43,450 nucleotides of DNA from an uncultured Acidobacteriota bacterium. GTDB taxonomy: Bacteria; Pseudomonadota; Alphaproteobacteria; Caulobacterales; Hyphomonadaceae. Every line of letters starts with the position of its first letter. Positions within the stretch are counted from its first letter, which is position 1. Positions 17,570 through 27,538 of this stretch are shown piece by piece. The translations under genes were made by a program, and so were the position numbers. Where the stretch lies: the NCBI GenBank assembly GCA_937881755.1, contig CALGEF010000426.1, forward strand, positions 1 through 43,450, given 5' to 3'. Under the pieces are notes generated by a model. It saw only the letters and a program-made list of their open reading frames with translations, made no database searches and was not told the DNA's origin.

Positions 17570-18778
17570 TCAGTGTCGCGCCAGCCGGGCGATCAGAGCG
17601 AGCAGCGCCAGACACAGCAGCGAGAGCATCGCCAGCGGCAGCGCGAAGCCACCCGAAAAATCCGACACGACGCCGAAGGTGAGCGGCCCCAGCACACCGC
17701 CCACCTCGGCGACGGTGAAGAAAAGCCCGCCCGCCAGCCCAAGCCTATCCTGCGGCACGCCGCGCGAGTCGAGCAGCAGCAGGATCGCGACCGTCATCAG
17801 CGAACTTCGCGCGATGCCCTGCAAGATGAGCCCAGGCAGAAGCAAGCCCTCGTGCGCCGCTTGCAGAAGCAGGCTTGCAGCGCACGCGGCCACCAGAAGC
17901 CCGGACATGATCAGGATGCGGCGCGGCGGGGTCGCAAGTCGCGGGATCACGAGCGCGCCGAGGATGCCCACGGCTGTCGGGACGGAGGCAAGCCAACCCG
18001 CCTCGGTGGCGCCGAAGCCCTTTTGACGCAGGATCTCGGGAAGCCAGTTGTTCAGACCGTGGTTGAAGAAGAAGATACCGATGGCCAGAAGAAGGATCAG
18101 CCGCACCTCGGTCAAGCGGAGGATCTCGACAAAGGCAGGCATGTCGAACTTCTTTCCAGGCTCGTCGTCCCAGCCAGAGGTGCGGGCCGCGGGAAGCGCC
18201 GAAAGGGCAAGCCAGACCGCCCCGCTGAGAAGCGTGACGATGGCGTGCATGGCGAAGACAAGCCGCCACTCACCCCCGGCGGCAGGCAGAAGCACGCTGT
18301 TCGTGAGCGACAGGGCCCAGATCCCGCCGAACGCCGGACCAGTCATGTAGAGACCCATCGCCGTGCCTCGTGCGGCGTCGGGGAACAGGCGCGCGATCGC
18401 TTTTGGCGCCCCGATGGAAATCATCGGCCCCCCGATACCGAACAGCCCCACGGCAAGAAGAAGCTGCCACGGTTCCTGAGCAAGCCCCCGCGCGGCAAGC
18501 GACAGTGTCATGAAAAGCGCAGCCAGGAGAAGCCCGGCCCGCACCCCGATCCGGTCCAGAAGCATACCCGCCGGCAGCGCCGCCACGATGTAGACAAGCG
18601 GCCAGGCGCCCAGGATCACGCCCATCACGGCATTGCTGATGCCAAGGTCGCGGCCGATCGGTGTGACGAGTGGCGCGATGCTGGCCACCGTCATACCGAA
18701 GCAGAAGTAGATCAGCCATACCCCGGCAAGGAGCACCCAACGCACGCCACCGTTTGCGCCTTGCGTCGCTTGGGTCAT
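17570..18778 (-). CDS. MFS transporter (CynX/NimT-like)
   Basis: About 12 hydrophobic segments; motif A-like GMLLDRIGVR; GLNNWLPEIL. Confidence 0.88.
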   Translation of the reverse strand: MTQATQGANGGVRWVLLAGVWLIYFCFGMTVASIAPLVTPIGRDLGISNAVMGVILGAWPLVYIVAALPAGMLLDRIGVRAGLLLAALFMTLSLAARGLAQEPWQLLLAVGLFGIGGPMISIGAPKAIARLFPDAARGTAMGLYMTGPAFGGIWALSLTNSVLLPAAGGEWRLVFAMHAIVTLLSGAVWLALSALPAARTSGWDDEPGKKFDMPAFVEILRLTEVRLILLLAIGIFFFNHGLNNWLPEILRQKGFGATEAGWLASVPTAVGILGALVIPRLATPPRRILIMSGLLVAACAASLLLQAAHEGLLLPGLILQGIARSSLMTVAILLLLDSRGVPQDRLGLAGGLFFTVAEVGGVLGPLTFGVVSDFSGGFALPLAMLSLLCLALLALIARLARH

Positions 18779-18813
18779 GCCGGGCCCGCTTCTGCGCGTG
18801 CCGATCGCGCCGC

Positions 18814-19725
18814 TCAGGGCTTCAGGTAGCGGTCGAGATAGGCGATCGTCCTGCCGATGGCCGCAATCTGCACATTGTTCAGGTCATAGTTGCCGTCGGC
18901 CTTGCGGATCGGATAGATGTAGCCGTGCAGGTCGTGATCGACGCTGAACCATTCCACATCCTTTCCGGCTTCCTTCAGCAGATCATAGCTGGTCCGGAAG
19001 ATGCCCTGCAGGTGATCCTCGTCGCGCCCCGTGACAAGGATCGGCGTGTTGATGGTCGAGATCCGCTCCCGCGCGAGGTCCATGTCGATGCGGCGGCGGA
19101 CCTTGTCCACCTCGGTCATCTGCATCCCCTCGATGTTGCGAAGCTGCGTCTCGGCGTTCACAAAGGCGGTATCGTCGGGGGTCAGGGAAAGGAACTCGTG
19201 GCTCGCGGGCTCGCTTGCCACCGCCGCGCAGACACCGTTGTATTCAGACGTGATCTTGAGCACCATCTCGCCGCCATGGCTCATGCCAATCAAGCCGATG
19301 CGGTCGGCGTCGACGTAGGGCAGCGTCTTGACATGCTCGATGATCGCGATCTCGTCCTCGTATTCGAGGGGAGAGCGGTTGAACATCTCCCGACCCTGCC
19401 GCATGTCGCGGACCAGCCGGCCACCGTTGTTGTAACCAAGCTCCACTTCCGTGCGGTAGCGCAGCCACGCACAGGCGTAGCCAGCCTCTACCAGACGGTC
19501 CATCGTGTAGCCGCGGTTCCTGACCGCGTCCCGGATCCAGCGCATCCCCTCGCCGCCATTGCCGGACGCAAGCAGCACCGTCGGGAAAGGCCCGTCACCC
19601 TCGGGCTTGCGCAGGCCGATGGGGGCGTAAAGTCCGTCCCACGTCTCGATATACATCAGGTGGACCGTCCGGCCGTCGATGGTCTCGGTCAGGACAACCC
19701 GTTCGGGATCGATATGTGTGGTCAT
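18814..19725 (-). CDS. alpha/beta hydrolase (S9/dienelactone-hydrolase-like)
   Basis: KPEGDGPFPTVL, VDADRIGLIGMSHGG nucleophile elbow, GRDED (Asp), LHGY (His). Confidence 0.8.
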   Translation of the reverse strand: MTTHIDPERVVLTETIDGRTVHLMYIETWDGLYAPIGLRKPEGDGPFPTVLLASGNGGEGMRWIRDAVRNRGYTMDRLVEAGYACAWLRYRTEVELGYNNGGRLVRDMRQGREMFNRSPLEYEDEIAIIEHVKTLPYVDADRIGLIGMSHGGEMVLKITSEYNGVCAAVASEPASHEFLSLTPDDTAFVNAETQLRNIEGMQMTEVDKVRRRIDMDLARERISTINTPILVTGRDEDHLQGIFRTSYDLLKEAGKDVEWFSVDHDLHGYIYPIRKADGNYDLNNVQIAAIGRTIAYLDRYLKP

Positions 19726-19727
19726 CT

Positions 19728-21080
19728 TCAGTTCGCTCCGGAGGAAGAATGGCTGGGATTGATGAGGCAGGCCGCGTGATGGCCGGGACCGCGTTCGGTC
19801 AGCTCGACCTCGGGGACCTCCCGGAACCGCACGCGCACCGCGCCGCCGCTGACCGTGACATCCTCGAGCGCCTGCTGCATCGCCGCGGGGATTGCATCGG
19901 ACCGCAGCGTGCTGGCAAGGTTGCGGGCGGCCGCCTCGGACGAAAAGCGGAGCGCGGCGTCGAAGGCGTTCGTACGATCAACGCCTTCGAGCGCGTCAAA
20001 CACCCCCTTGCTGGATTCCAGCCAGCGGACCACATCGTCCACCTCCCACCCGCACATCGGCGTCGCCACGGCGCAGCGGGTGTGGAACCGGCAGCCCTGC
20101 GGCGGTCGCGCGGGGTCGGGAACGCGGCCCTCGAGCGCCTGCATCGTCCGCCCCTCATCGTCGTTCAGATCGGGTTTCGCAGCGATCAGAGCGCGCGTGT
20201 ATGGATGCTGCGGCGTCTCGAAGACCGTGTTGGTGTCACCCGACTCGGCCACCCGGCCCAGATACATCGTCACCAGCCGGTCGGCCATGTGATGCACGAC
20301 CGACAGGTCATGGGTAACAAAAAGATAGGCAAGCCCGCGGTCGCGCTGCAACTCATAGAGAAGATTGAGGATTTGCGCCTGCACCGACACGTCAAGGGCA
20401 GAGGTCGGTTCATCCAGCACGATCAGATCCGGGTCGAGCGCAAGCGCCCGCGCGATCGAGATGCGCTGCCGCTGTCCGCCCGAGAACTGGTGCGGAAAGC
20501 GGTAGAGGTGGTGGCGGCCAAGGCCAACCTGTTCCAGCAGCGACACGACCCGTTCGGTCAGTGCATCACCCGATGCCTCGCGGTAGACCCGAAGCGGACG
20601 GCCCACGATGTCAATCACCAGTTGCCGCGGATTCAGCGAGGCGAAGGAATCCTGAAACACCATCTGGCAGTTCCGGCGGAAGTGGCGCTGCGCCGCACCC
20701 TCGAGGCGGTCGATGCGGTGGCGCCGTTCCATCTGGGCAAGTTCGGCCTGTGCGGCCGCGGATCCGTCCGCCAACAGCGTATCAAGCCGGGCGACCTCGG
20801 CCTTGCTCAGGCCGAAGTAGACGCCGCCCCCGGTCGGATCGCTCAAGCCGCTCACGCAGCGGCCCAGCGTGCTCTTGCCGCAGCCGCTTTCGCCCACCAG
20901 CCCGACGGTCTCACCCCGCCGGATGTCGAAGCTGACCCCGTCCACGGCTTTCACGTGGCCGACCACGCTCTGAAAGACGCCCTCGCGGATCGGGTAATGC
21001 TTCTTGACATTGCGGACAGCGAGCACGACGTCGTCTGCGCGCCTGTCTACCTTCGAAGATACGTCGTTCATCGCGTTCAT
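19728..21080 (-). CDS. Dpp/Opp ABC transporter ATP-binding subunit (DppF/OppF-like) with insertions
   Basis: [49 protein letters not shown]. Confidence 0.93.
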   Translation of the reverse strand: MNAMNDVSSKVDRRADDVVLAVRNVKKHYPIREGVFQSVVGHVKAVDGVSFDIRRGETVGLVGESGCGKSTLGRCVSGLSDPTGGGVYFGLSKAEVARLDTLLADGSAAAQAELAQMERRHRIDRLEGAAQRHFRRNCQMVFQDSFASLNPRQLVIDIVGRPLRVYREASGDALTERVVSLLEQVGLGRHHLYRFPHQFSGGQRQRISIARALALDPDLIVLDEPTSALDVSVQAQILNLLYELQRDRGLAYLFVTHDLSVVHHMADRLVTMYLGRVAESGDTNTVFETPQHPYTRALIAAKPDLNDDEGRTMQALEGRVPDPARPPQGCRFHTRCAVATPMCGWEVDDVVRWLESSKGVFDALEGVDRTNAFDAALRFSSEAAARNLASTLRSDAIPAAMQQALEDVTVSGGAVRVRFREVPEVELTERGPGHHAACLINPSHSSSGAN

Positions 21081-22399
21081 TGCGTCTTCTCGTCGAAACT
21101 AGGCGCGTCGGCCGCCCCTGCTGCGTCATGGATGAAGCACGATACCGAATGCTCATCGGAAATCTGCGCCAGTTCGGGATTCTTGCTGCGGCAAAGGGCC
21201 TTCTCGTGCGGGCACCGCCCGACGAAGCGGCAGGAGGGGGGCGGATCGACAAGCTCGGGCACCGTCCCCTTGATCGCCATGAGCTGACCACGCTTCGTCG
21301 CCGCGGTGGGCACGGCATGCAACAGTCCGCGGGTGTAGGGATGGCTGGGGTTGCGGAAGATGCGGTCGGTGCGACCGATCTCGACCACGCGGCCCGCATA
21401 CATCACGGCGACCCGGTCGCAGATCCGGCGCACGAGCGACAGGTCGTGACTGATGTACAGGACCGACGTCTGCCGCCGCTTCTGCAGATCCTTGATGAGT
21501 TCGAGAATCCGCGCCTGAACTGTAACGTCAAGCGCGGTCGTCGGCTCGTCGGCAATCAGGAGGTCGGGATTGCAGGCAAGCGCCTGCGCGATCATGACCC
21601 GCTGGCGCATCCCGCCCGAAAGCTCGTGCGGATAGCGGTCGATGATCTGGTAGGGGTTCGCGATCTGGGTCTCGGCAAGCGCGGCGGCGACGTTGTTGCG
21701 CAACGCGTCCAAAAGCAGGTTGCGCTTGCCCCGCAGCGGGGGAAGCGAAAGGAGCAGGTTGTCGATACTGCCGTTGCGCTGCGAGGCCAGCCGCCCCAAC
21801 AGGCGCGCGGCAAGACCCCGGTCTTCCGGGCCGATGCCCGCCGCGTCCAGCAGTTCCTCTGTCCTGTGCTGCAAAAAGACTTCGGACAGCTGGTCGCCGA
21901 TGGTCAGCGTGGGGTTCAGCGCCTTGCCGGGATCCTGGAAGATCATGGCAATCCGGTCGCCCCGGATCCGGCGGATCCGGTCTTCGGGAAGGCGGAGTAG
22001 CTCTACTGTCTCGGCACCGCTGCCGTTGCACTGCGCGCATCCCGCCCCGGTGCAGGACGGACAGGCGGCCGGGCGTCGGCCCGTGCTGTTGCACGCGTCG
22101 CAGCCCGTGCCAGCGCAGGCGCCGCAGCGGGCGTGGGGGTGGAACGTCACCGTCCCCTGCGCAAGGATCCCCGGCGGGATCGGCAGAAGCTGCAGGAACG
22201 ACCGTCCCGTCACGCTCTTTCCACACCCCGTCTCGCCGACAAGCCCAAGGGTCTCGCCGTCGCGGATCTCGAAGCTCACGCGATCGACGGCGTGAACCAT
22301 CCCGCGCTTTGACGGGAAGTGGACGGTCAGATCCCTGACCGAAGCGATCGTTGCGGGCGAATTCGCCAATCCCGATGGTCTGTTCGTCATGTCCAACAT
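21077..22399 (-). CDS. Dpp/Opp ABC transporter ATP-binding subunit (DppD/OppD-like) with a CxxCxGxG zinc-finger insertion
   Basis: [40 protein letters not shown]; insertion [32 protein letters not shown]. Confidence 0.93.
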   Translation of the reverse strand: MLDMTNRPSGLANSPATIASVRDLTVHFPSKRGMVHAVDRVSFEIRDGETLGLVGETGCGKSVTGRSFLQLLPIPPGILAQGTVTFHPHARCGACAGTGCDACNSTGRRPAACPSCTGAGCAQCNGSGAETVELLRLPEDRIRRIRGDRIAMIFQDPGKALNPTLTIGDQLSEVFLQHRTEELLDAAGIGPEDRGLAARLLGRLASQRNGSIDNLLLSLPPLRGKRNLLLDALRNNVAAALAETQIANPYQIIDRYPHELSGGMRQRVMIAQALACNPDLLIADEPTTALDVTVQARILELIKDLQKRRQTSVLYISHDLSLVRRICDRVAVMYAGRVVEIGRTDRIFRNPSHPYTRGLLHAVPTAATKRGQLMAIKGTVPELVDPPPSCRFVGRCPHEKALCRSKNPELAQISDEHSVSCFIHDAAGAADAPSFDEKTQ

Positions 22400-23331
22400 C
22401 AGCGAGAACTCTCCGTCCGCGGGTCGAGCGCGTCACGCAGTCCGTCGCCGACAAGGTTGAAGGCCAGTCCCCAGAGGAAGATCATGAGACCCGGAAAGGT
22501 TGATGCCCACCACCGGCCCGAGGCGATGCCCGCCTGCCCTTCCGAGACAAGCACGCCCCATTCGGCGATCCCCGCCTCACCCAGTCCGATGAAGGAAAGC
22601 GTCGCCGCGATCAGCACGACGTTGCCCATGTCGAGCGTCGCCTGCACCATGACGGGCGTAAAGGAGTTCGGCAGGATGTCGCGAAGGTAGATATTCAGCT
22701 TGCTGTCACCGATGATCCGCGCAGCGTCGATGTATTCGCTGTTCTTTATCTGGATGACACGTGCCCGCATGATGCGCGCGTATTTTACCCACATCACCAT
22801 CGCGAGCGCGAACATGATATTGCCGAACGACGGCCCGAGCACGGCGGCGATCGCGAGCGCAAAGATCAACTCGGGGATCGACAGGAAGACATCCACGATC
22901 CGCATCAGGATCTCGTCCAGCTTACCGCCGATGAACCCCGCAAGGCTGCCGATGATGCAGCCGATCACAAGCACGCTTCCCACCACCACAAGCGACAGCT
23001 GAAGCGACATCCGTGCGCCCCAGATCACCCCGTACAGGACGTCGCCGCCCTCGTTCGTGGTCCCCAAGAGATAACCCGGCGTTCCGGGCGGCATCCGTGT
23101 CGCCGCCCAGTCGCGCGGCATCTGGTAAGGGTCGGGCGTGTTGGGCGCCGTCAGCCACGGCGCAAAGATCGCCATTGCGAACATCGCAAGAATGATCACG
23201 GACCCGATGACCGTGGCCGGGTTCGACAGGATCTGAGCGGTCAGGTCCCGGACCCGCCGCATCCGGACACGGAAGGCAGAGTCGCGCACGACCGGTGCTG
23301 CGGCACGGGAGGGGGAGGGAAGGTCAACCAT
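22399..23331 (-). CDS. Dpp/Opp ABC permease (DppC-like)
   Basis: LLGTTNEGGDVL, EYIDAARIIG (EAA loop), LSFIGLG, FNLVGDGLRDALDPR. Confidence 0.94.
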   Translation of the reverse strand: MVDLPSPSRAAAPVVRDSAFRVRMRRVRDLTAQILSNPATVIGSVIILAMFAMAIFAPWLTAPNTPDPYQMPRDWAATRMPPGTPGYLLGTTNEGGDVLYGVIWGARMSLQLSLVVVGSVLVIGCIIGSLAGFIGGKLDEILMRIVDVFLSIPELIFALAIAAVLGPSFGNIMFALAMVMWVKYARIMRARVIQIKNSEYIDAARIIGDSKLNIYLRDILPNSFTPVMVQATLDMGNVVLIAATLSFIGLGEAGIAEWGVLVSEGQAGIASGRWWASTFPGLMIFLWGLAFNLVGDGLRDALDPRTESSR

Positions 23332-23334
23332 GTC

Positions 23335-24348
23335 TCATTTCCCCAGTTCGACACGGCGGTCGAGGTTTGCGTAGATGACGTCGACGATCAGGTTGAGCAC
23401 GAGGAACACGATGCTGGTGAACAGCACGTAGGTCATCAGCGTCGCCTGGTCGCCGCGCAGGACGGAGTCGGCCATCCACTTCCCGATGCCCGGCCAGCGA
23501 AAGATGATCTCGACCGAGACCGTGCCCTGAAGGAGGAAGCCGAAGGTCAGGCCGATGACCGTGACAGTCGGGATCAGGGCGTTCCGGCGGGCGTGCTTCT
23601 TGAGCACCAGCCGTTCAGGCAGCCCCTTTGCGCGCGCCGCGTCGACGTAATCAAGCTGAAGTTCCTCGACCAGCGCCGAGCGCATCATCCGCGCGATGAT
23701 CGCGGTGGCGCCGTAGCCCAGGGTGATGGCCGGCAGGATCAGGTGCCAAAGCGCGTCGCCAAAAGCCACGAGGTTGCCGGCAAGAAGCGCGTCAATCGTG
23801 TAGAGCCCGGTCCGCGTCGGCACGAGAGCGATGATCTCGGGCGTGCTTCGGCCGATCGGCATCCAGCCAAGCTGCGCCCAGAAAATGATGAGAAGGAGAA
23901 TGGCCAGCCAGAAGTTCGGCATGCTGGCGCCCGTCACGGCCACAACCCGCGTGATGTGGTCGGCGGGGCGATTGCGCCGTGCGCCCGCGTAGGTCCCCAG
24001 CCAGAGCCCCATGACGACCGCGACGATCCCGGAGGCGACAGAAAGCTCCAGCGTTGCCGCCAGCTTCTTGGGGAAGACCTCGGCGACGGGAGCCACGGAC
24101 ACACCAGACCAGCCGAAGTCTCCCTGGAGCACCCCGCGCGCCCAGTAGAAATATTGAACCGGAAGCGATTTATCGAGGTGGAACCGTGCTTCGATCTCGG
24201 CCACCTGGGCGGGTGTCATCTCGTGCGAGAGGTAGATCCCGATCGGTGACCCGCCGACCCGCGTCAGCGCAAAGACGATCATCGACACGCCGATGATCAG
24301 GAATGGCAGGACCAGAAGCCGCCGGATGACGTAGTCCCTGAGTTGCAT
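23335..24348 (-). CDS. Dpp/Opp ABC permease (DppB-like)
   Basis: LDKSLPVQY, HLILPAITLG, DYVDAARAKGL, HARRNALIP, NLIVDVIYANLD. ATG at 24348 follows GGAGG. Confidence 0.94.
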   Translation of the reverse strand: MQLRDYVIRRLLVLPFLIIGVSMIVFALTRVGGSPIGIYLSHEMTPAQVAEIEARFHLDKSLPVQYFYWARGVLQGDFGWSGVSVAPVAEVFPKKLAATLELSVASGIVAVVMGLWLGTYAGARRNRPADHITRVVAVTGASMPNFWLAILLLIIFWAQLGWMPIGRSTPEIIALVPTRTGLYTIDALLAGNLVAFGDALWHLILPAITLGYGATAIIARMMRSALVEELQLDYVDAARAKGLPERLVLKKHARRNALIPTVTVIGLTFGFLLQGTVSVEIIFRWPGIGKWMADSVLRGDQATLMTYVLFTSIVFLVLNLIVDVIYANLDRRVELGK

Positions 24349-24415
24349 GCTGGTCCTCCGTCCGGATCGTGCTGCCGGCCCGCGCAGGGCCGTTCGCAAG
24401 TCTGGCTTGTGTGAA

Positions 24416-24445
24416 CGGCGCGCGCGTGTGGTTCCGCGCGCGCCG
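24416..24445 (-). terminator. Intercistronic hairpin between the SBP and permease genes (mRNA stabiliser or attenuator)
   Basis: CGGCGCGCGCG (24416-24426) / CGCGCGCGCCG (24435-24445). Confidence 0.5.
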
Positions 24446-24465
24446 ACTGTGCTGTACGCTCGGCG

Positions 24466-26139
24466 TTACTTTCCGAGCAGCGCGAACTTGAGGCTCGGAC
24501 GCGGCCAGAGCGGCTGCATCTGGAAGTCCTGCACCCAGGTCCGGTGAGCAAGCGTCACGCCTTCCTGTGCACCGATGAGCCACATCGGATCCTCGTAAAG
24601 AAGGCGCTGGAGATCAGCATAGATCGCCGCCCGCTTTTCGATGTCGAGTTCGATGGCCCCCGCGTCGATCAGCTCCGCGATCTGGTCGGCGTTCTCGTAG
24701 CCGTTGCGGAAACCGTGCACCTGACCCCACGCCCCGTCCGGATGGACATAGTCCTGCATGAACGAGTCAGGGTCGGCGGCCGGATCGGCGTTCTTTGCCC
24801 ACATCGCATAGGGGATCGGGTCGGAAGCATGGGCATCATCGAAAACCGACTCAGCCACGGCAAGCACGTTGATCCGGAAATTGGGGTTCAACTTTTCGAG
24901 TGAATCCTTCATCACCAGCGACATCAGAGCAAAGAGATTGCCGGCCTCGGTGATGACCGACACCTCGAAGCCCTCGTCCCACACGCCCGCCTCACGGAAG
25001 AGCGCCTCGGCCTTGGCGAGGTCCTGCTGATACACAGGCGCCGTCTCGTCATAGCCGAAGATGCCGATCGGGATGTAGTGCGGGATCGGCTCTCCGAAGC
25101 CCGACAGCGGACCGTTGATGAAGCCGTCATAGTTGAAGGCGTAGTTGAACGCCTGCCGGATGCGCCGGTCGTGGAAGAAGTCTGCCGAGATCGTGTCTGT
25201 ATCGGGCAGGCTGCCTTCGACGATGTTGAGGTTGAAGCCGATGTGCAGCGGTTCGAGCAGCAGGCCTTCCTGATAGATCGTCACGCCATCCGCGCCTTCG
25301 AGGTCGGCGATGAAGGACGGGTCGGTCTCGATCGTGTCGTATTCGCCGGCACGCAGCCCCAGCACGCGCACGTCAGGATCGCCACCCACCTCGATGCGCA
25401 CGTCCAGCTTGGCGGGTTCGCCCCAGTACGAGTCGCTCCGAACCAATTGCAGGTTTTCGCCCCGGTTCCACGCAGAGAACCTGTAGGGACCGGTGCCGAC
25501 CATGTTTGTTGACATGAACTCGCTGAACTGCCCGGCGGCGACCCCTCCGTTCGCCTCGACAGCGTCCTGGCTGACGACAGAGGCCACCATGGCGGCGACG
25601 GCGCGGAACAGGAAGCTTGCGCTGACCTCCTTCAGGGTCACCTGAAAGGTATAATCATCGACCACAGCCGTTTCGACGACCATATCCGAGAGGATGCCTG
25701 CGTTGCCCTCGGGCAGCGCCATGGTCATCACCCGATCCCACGAAAACTTGACGTCATGCGCGGTCAGGTCCGTGCCGTCGTGAAACTTGACACCCTGCCG
25801 GATCGGGAAGGTGTAGGTGAGCCCATCCTCCGAGATCAGGCCGTTGTCGCGCGACGGCACCTCTGTGGCCAGCCCAGGCACCAGCACTGGCGAATCAGGG
25901 GCGAATTCCAGCAGCCGCTCATAGACCTGCAGGATGACGGTCTCACCGGCCTCGCCGGGTTCCACCTGCGCGGGGTCAAGCGTCGAGGGTTCGTCGTCGG
26001 CCGCGTGGACAAGCAGCCCGGGGTTACCGGCGGCCTGCGCAAAGGCAGGCACGGCAACGCCGAGCGTGAGCAGTGCAGCTACGGCGCTGGCCAGCGCACC
26101 ACTGTGCGCGAAAGGCGTCAACCGTTCCATTCTTATCAT
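24466..26139 (-). CDS. Family-5 (DppA/OppA/NikA) ABC substrate-binding protein
   Basis: Signal peptide ending VPAFA-Q, STLDPA, YTFPIRQGVKFHDGTDLTAHDVKFS, VGTGPY, RIRQAFNYA. ATG at 26139 follows GGAGG. Confidence 0.94.
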   Translation of the reverse strand: MIRMERLTPFAHSGALASAVAALLTLGVAVPAFAQAAGNPGLLVHAADDEPSTLDPAQVEPGEAGETVILQVYERLLEFAPDSPVLVPGLATEVPSRDNGLISEDGLTYTFPIRQGVKFHDGTDLTAHDVKFSWDRVMTMALPEGNAGILSDMVVETAVVDDYTFQVTLKEVSASFLFRAVAAMVASVVSQDAVEANGGVAAGQFSEFMSTNMVGTGPYRFSAWNRGENLQLVRSDSYWGEPAKLDVRIEVGGDPDVRVLGLRAGEYDTIETDPSFIADLEGADGVTIYQEGLLLEPLHIGFNLNIVEGSLPDTDTISADFFHDRRIRQAFNYAFNYDGFINGPLSGFGEPIPHYIPIGIFGYDETAPVYQQDLAKAEALFREAGVWDEGFEVSVITEAGNLFALMSLVMKDSLEKLNPNFRINVLAVAESVFDDAHASDPIPYAMWAKNADPAADPDSFMQDYVHPDGAWGQVHGFRNGYENADQIAELIDAGAIELDIEKRAAIYADLQRLLYEDPMWLIGAQEGVTLAHRTWVQDFQMQPLWPRPSLKFALLGK

Positions 26140-26209
26140 GGCATAGTCCTCCCAATGCATCTGAAGGCCGGTTGATCCCGGCTTGCGCGCGCCCCGTGAT
26201 CGAAGCAAC

Positions 26210-26221
26210 GCAATCGATTGC
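26210..26221. promoter_or_regulatory. LacI-type operator GCAATCGATTGC (perfect palindrome)
   Basis: Identical to the site at 16429; lies in the divergent region between the Dpp operon and the hydrolase/decarboxylase operon. Confidence 0.75.
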
Positions 26222-26305
26222 AAATGGAGAATTACACATCTAGCCTTGGGATGTCTAGTCCGGCGATTCGGTTTTGTCGGAAAAACTCTCAACAGGAAGA
26301 TGCGG

Positions 26306-27445
26306 ATGAACGCGGACCCATCGACCCTACAATTCGTCGCGAACGAAGATCCCTTCGTGGTCGCGAAAGGTGGCTTTTATCGCCGCTGGCTGACGATGAT
26401 CGATGATCTTGACGAACTTCGCGCCATCGTCGCGGGGCTCGAGGGCACCACCCATGACGTCTGGGTGCCGCGCTGGCGCGAGGCTGGCCAGCGGCACGAG
26501 GCGGAGGGCGACCGGCTGGAGGCGGCGGGCGACCATGCAGCGGCGCGGAAGGCTTATCTGCAGGCCAAGACCTATTACGCCATCGGCCGCTTCCCCGGAG
26601 AGATCACACCGGTCAAGGCCGAAATCAGCGCCGACTGCGCGCGTGCCTACCGCAAGGCGTGCCTGCACCTCGACCCACCGATGGAGGTCGTGGACGTGAC
26701 CCTGGACGGGCAGACGATCCGCACGCATTTCCGCACGCCAAAGTCTGATCGGCCGGTGCCTGCCATTTTGATCATGTGCGGGTCAGACGTCTTCAAGGAA
26801 GACCGCGGGTGGGCGTCGGATTTCGCGGCGCAGCACGGCCTTGCCTCCATGGTGATGGACGCGCCCGGCACCGGCGAGAACCCTTTCCCGTGGGAGCCCG
26901 AATCGGCGCGCGCCTGGGTCGCGGCGCTTGATGCGCTTGCCGCGCGGCCAGAGGTGGACGCCGGGCGGCTTGGTGCATTCGGCATCAGCCGGGGCGGCTT
27001 CTCGGTGATGGAACTTGCCGGCACCGTTCCCGAAAAACTTCGCGCCGTGGTCGCGGTGGCGGGCCATCCCTTCGGCTACCGGATGAGCGACGCCGAACTT
27101 GACGCCTTTGTCGAGGCCCGCAACCGGCGCTCGCGCTTTGTCTTTGGCGAGCCCGGGGGGCCCCCTTCCTTCCCGCCATGGTCGCGCGAAAAGGAAGAAG
27201 GCATCTTCGCGCGCTGGTCGCTGTCGGCGCGCGGGCTGGCGGAGCGGATCAATATGCCCGTGCTGATGATCAACGGGTCCGAGGACCATCTGGCACCGAT
27301 CGGGAACATCCATTTCATGCTTGAAAGCGGCCCGATCGGCAGCAGGGCCGCGCGCATCTATCCGGGTGCCGGTCATTGCGCGTTCGAGCATTACCGCGAG
27401 TGGGCGCCCGCGTCGTTCCGTTGGCTCGCAGAAAAGCTGGCCTGA
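26306..27445 (+). CDS. alpha/beta hydrolase, FrsA/DUF1100/DHPON-hydrolase-related
   Basis: YYAIGRFP, CGSDVFKED, MDAPGTGE, nucleophile GISRGG, GSEDHL, GAGHC. Confidence 0.82.
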   Translation: MNADPSTLQFVANEDPFVVAKGGFYRRWLTMIDDLDELRAIVAGLEGTTHDVWVPRWREAGQRHEAEGDRLEAAGDHAAARKAYLQAKTYYAIGRFPGEITPVKAEISADCARAYRKACLHLDPPMEVVDVTLDGQTIRTHFRTPKSDRPVPAILIMCGSDVFKEDRGWASDFAAQHGLASMVMDAPGTGENPFPWEPESARAWVAALDALAARPEVDAGRLGAFGISRGGFSVMELAGTVPEKLRAVVAVAGHPFGYRMSDAELDAFVEARNRRSRFVFGEPGGPPSFPPWSREKEEGIFARWSLSARGLAERINMPVLMINGSEDHLAPIGNIHFMLESGPIGSRAARIYPGAGHCAFEHYREWAPASFRWLAEKLA

Positions 27446-27538
27446 TCGACGCGGCGCCCTGTCGCGCAATCCTTGGCACTTGGAAGAACGGGTGCAAGCC
27501 GGAGGAGCCGGCCGCGCACGCAGAGAAAGAGGGACGGA

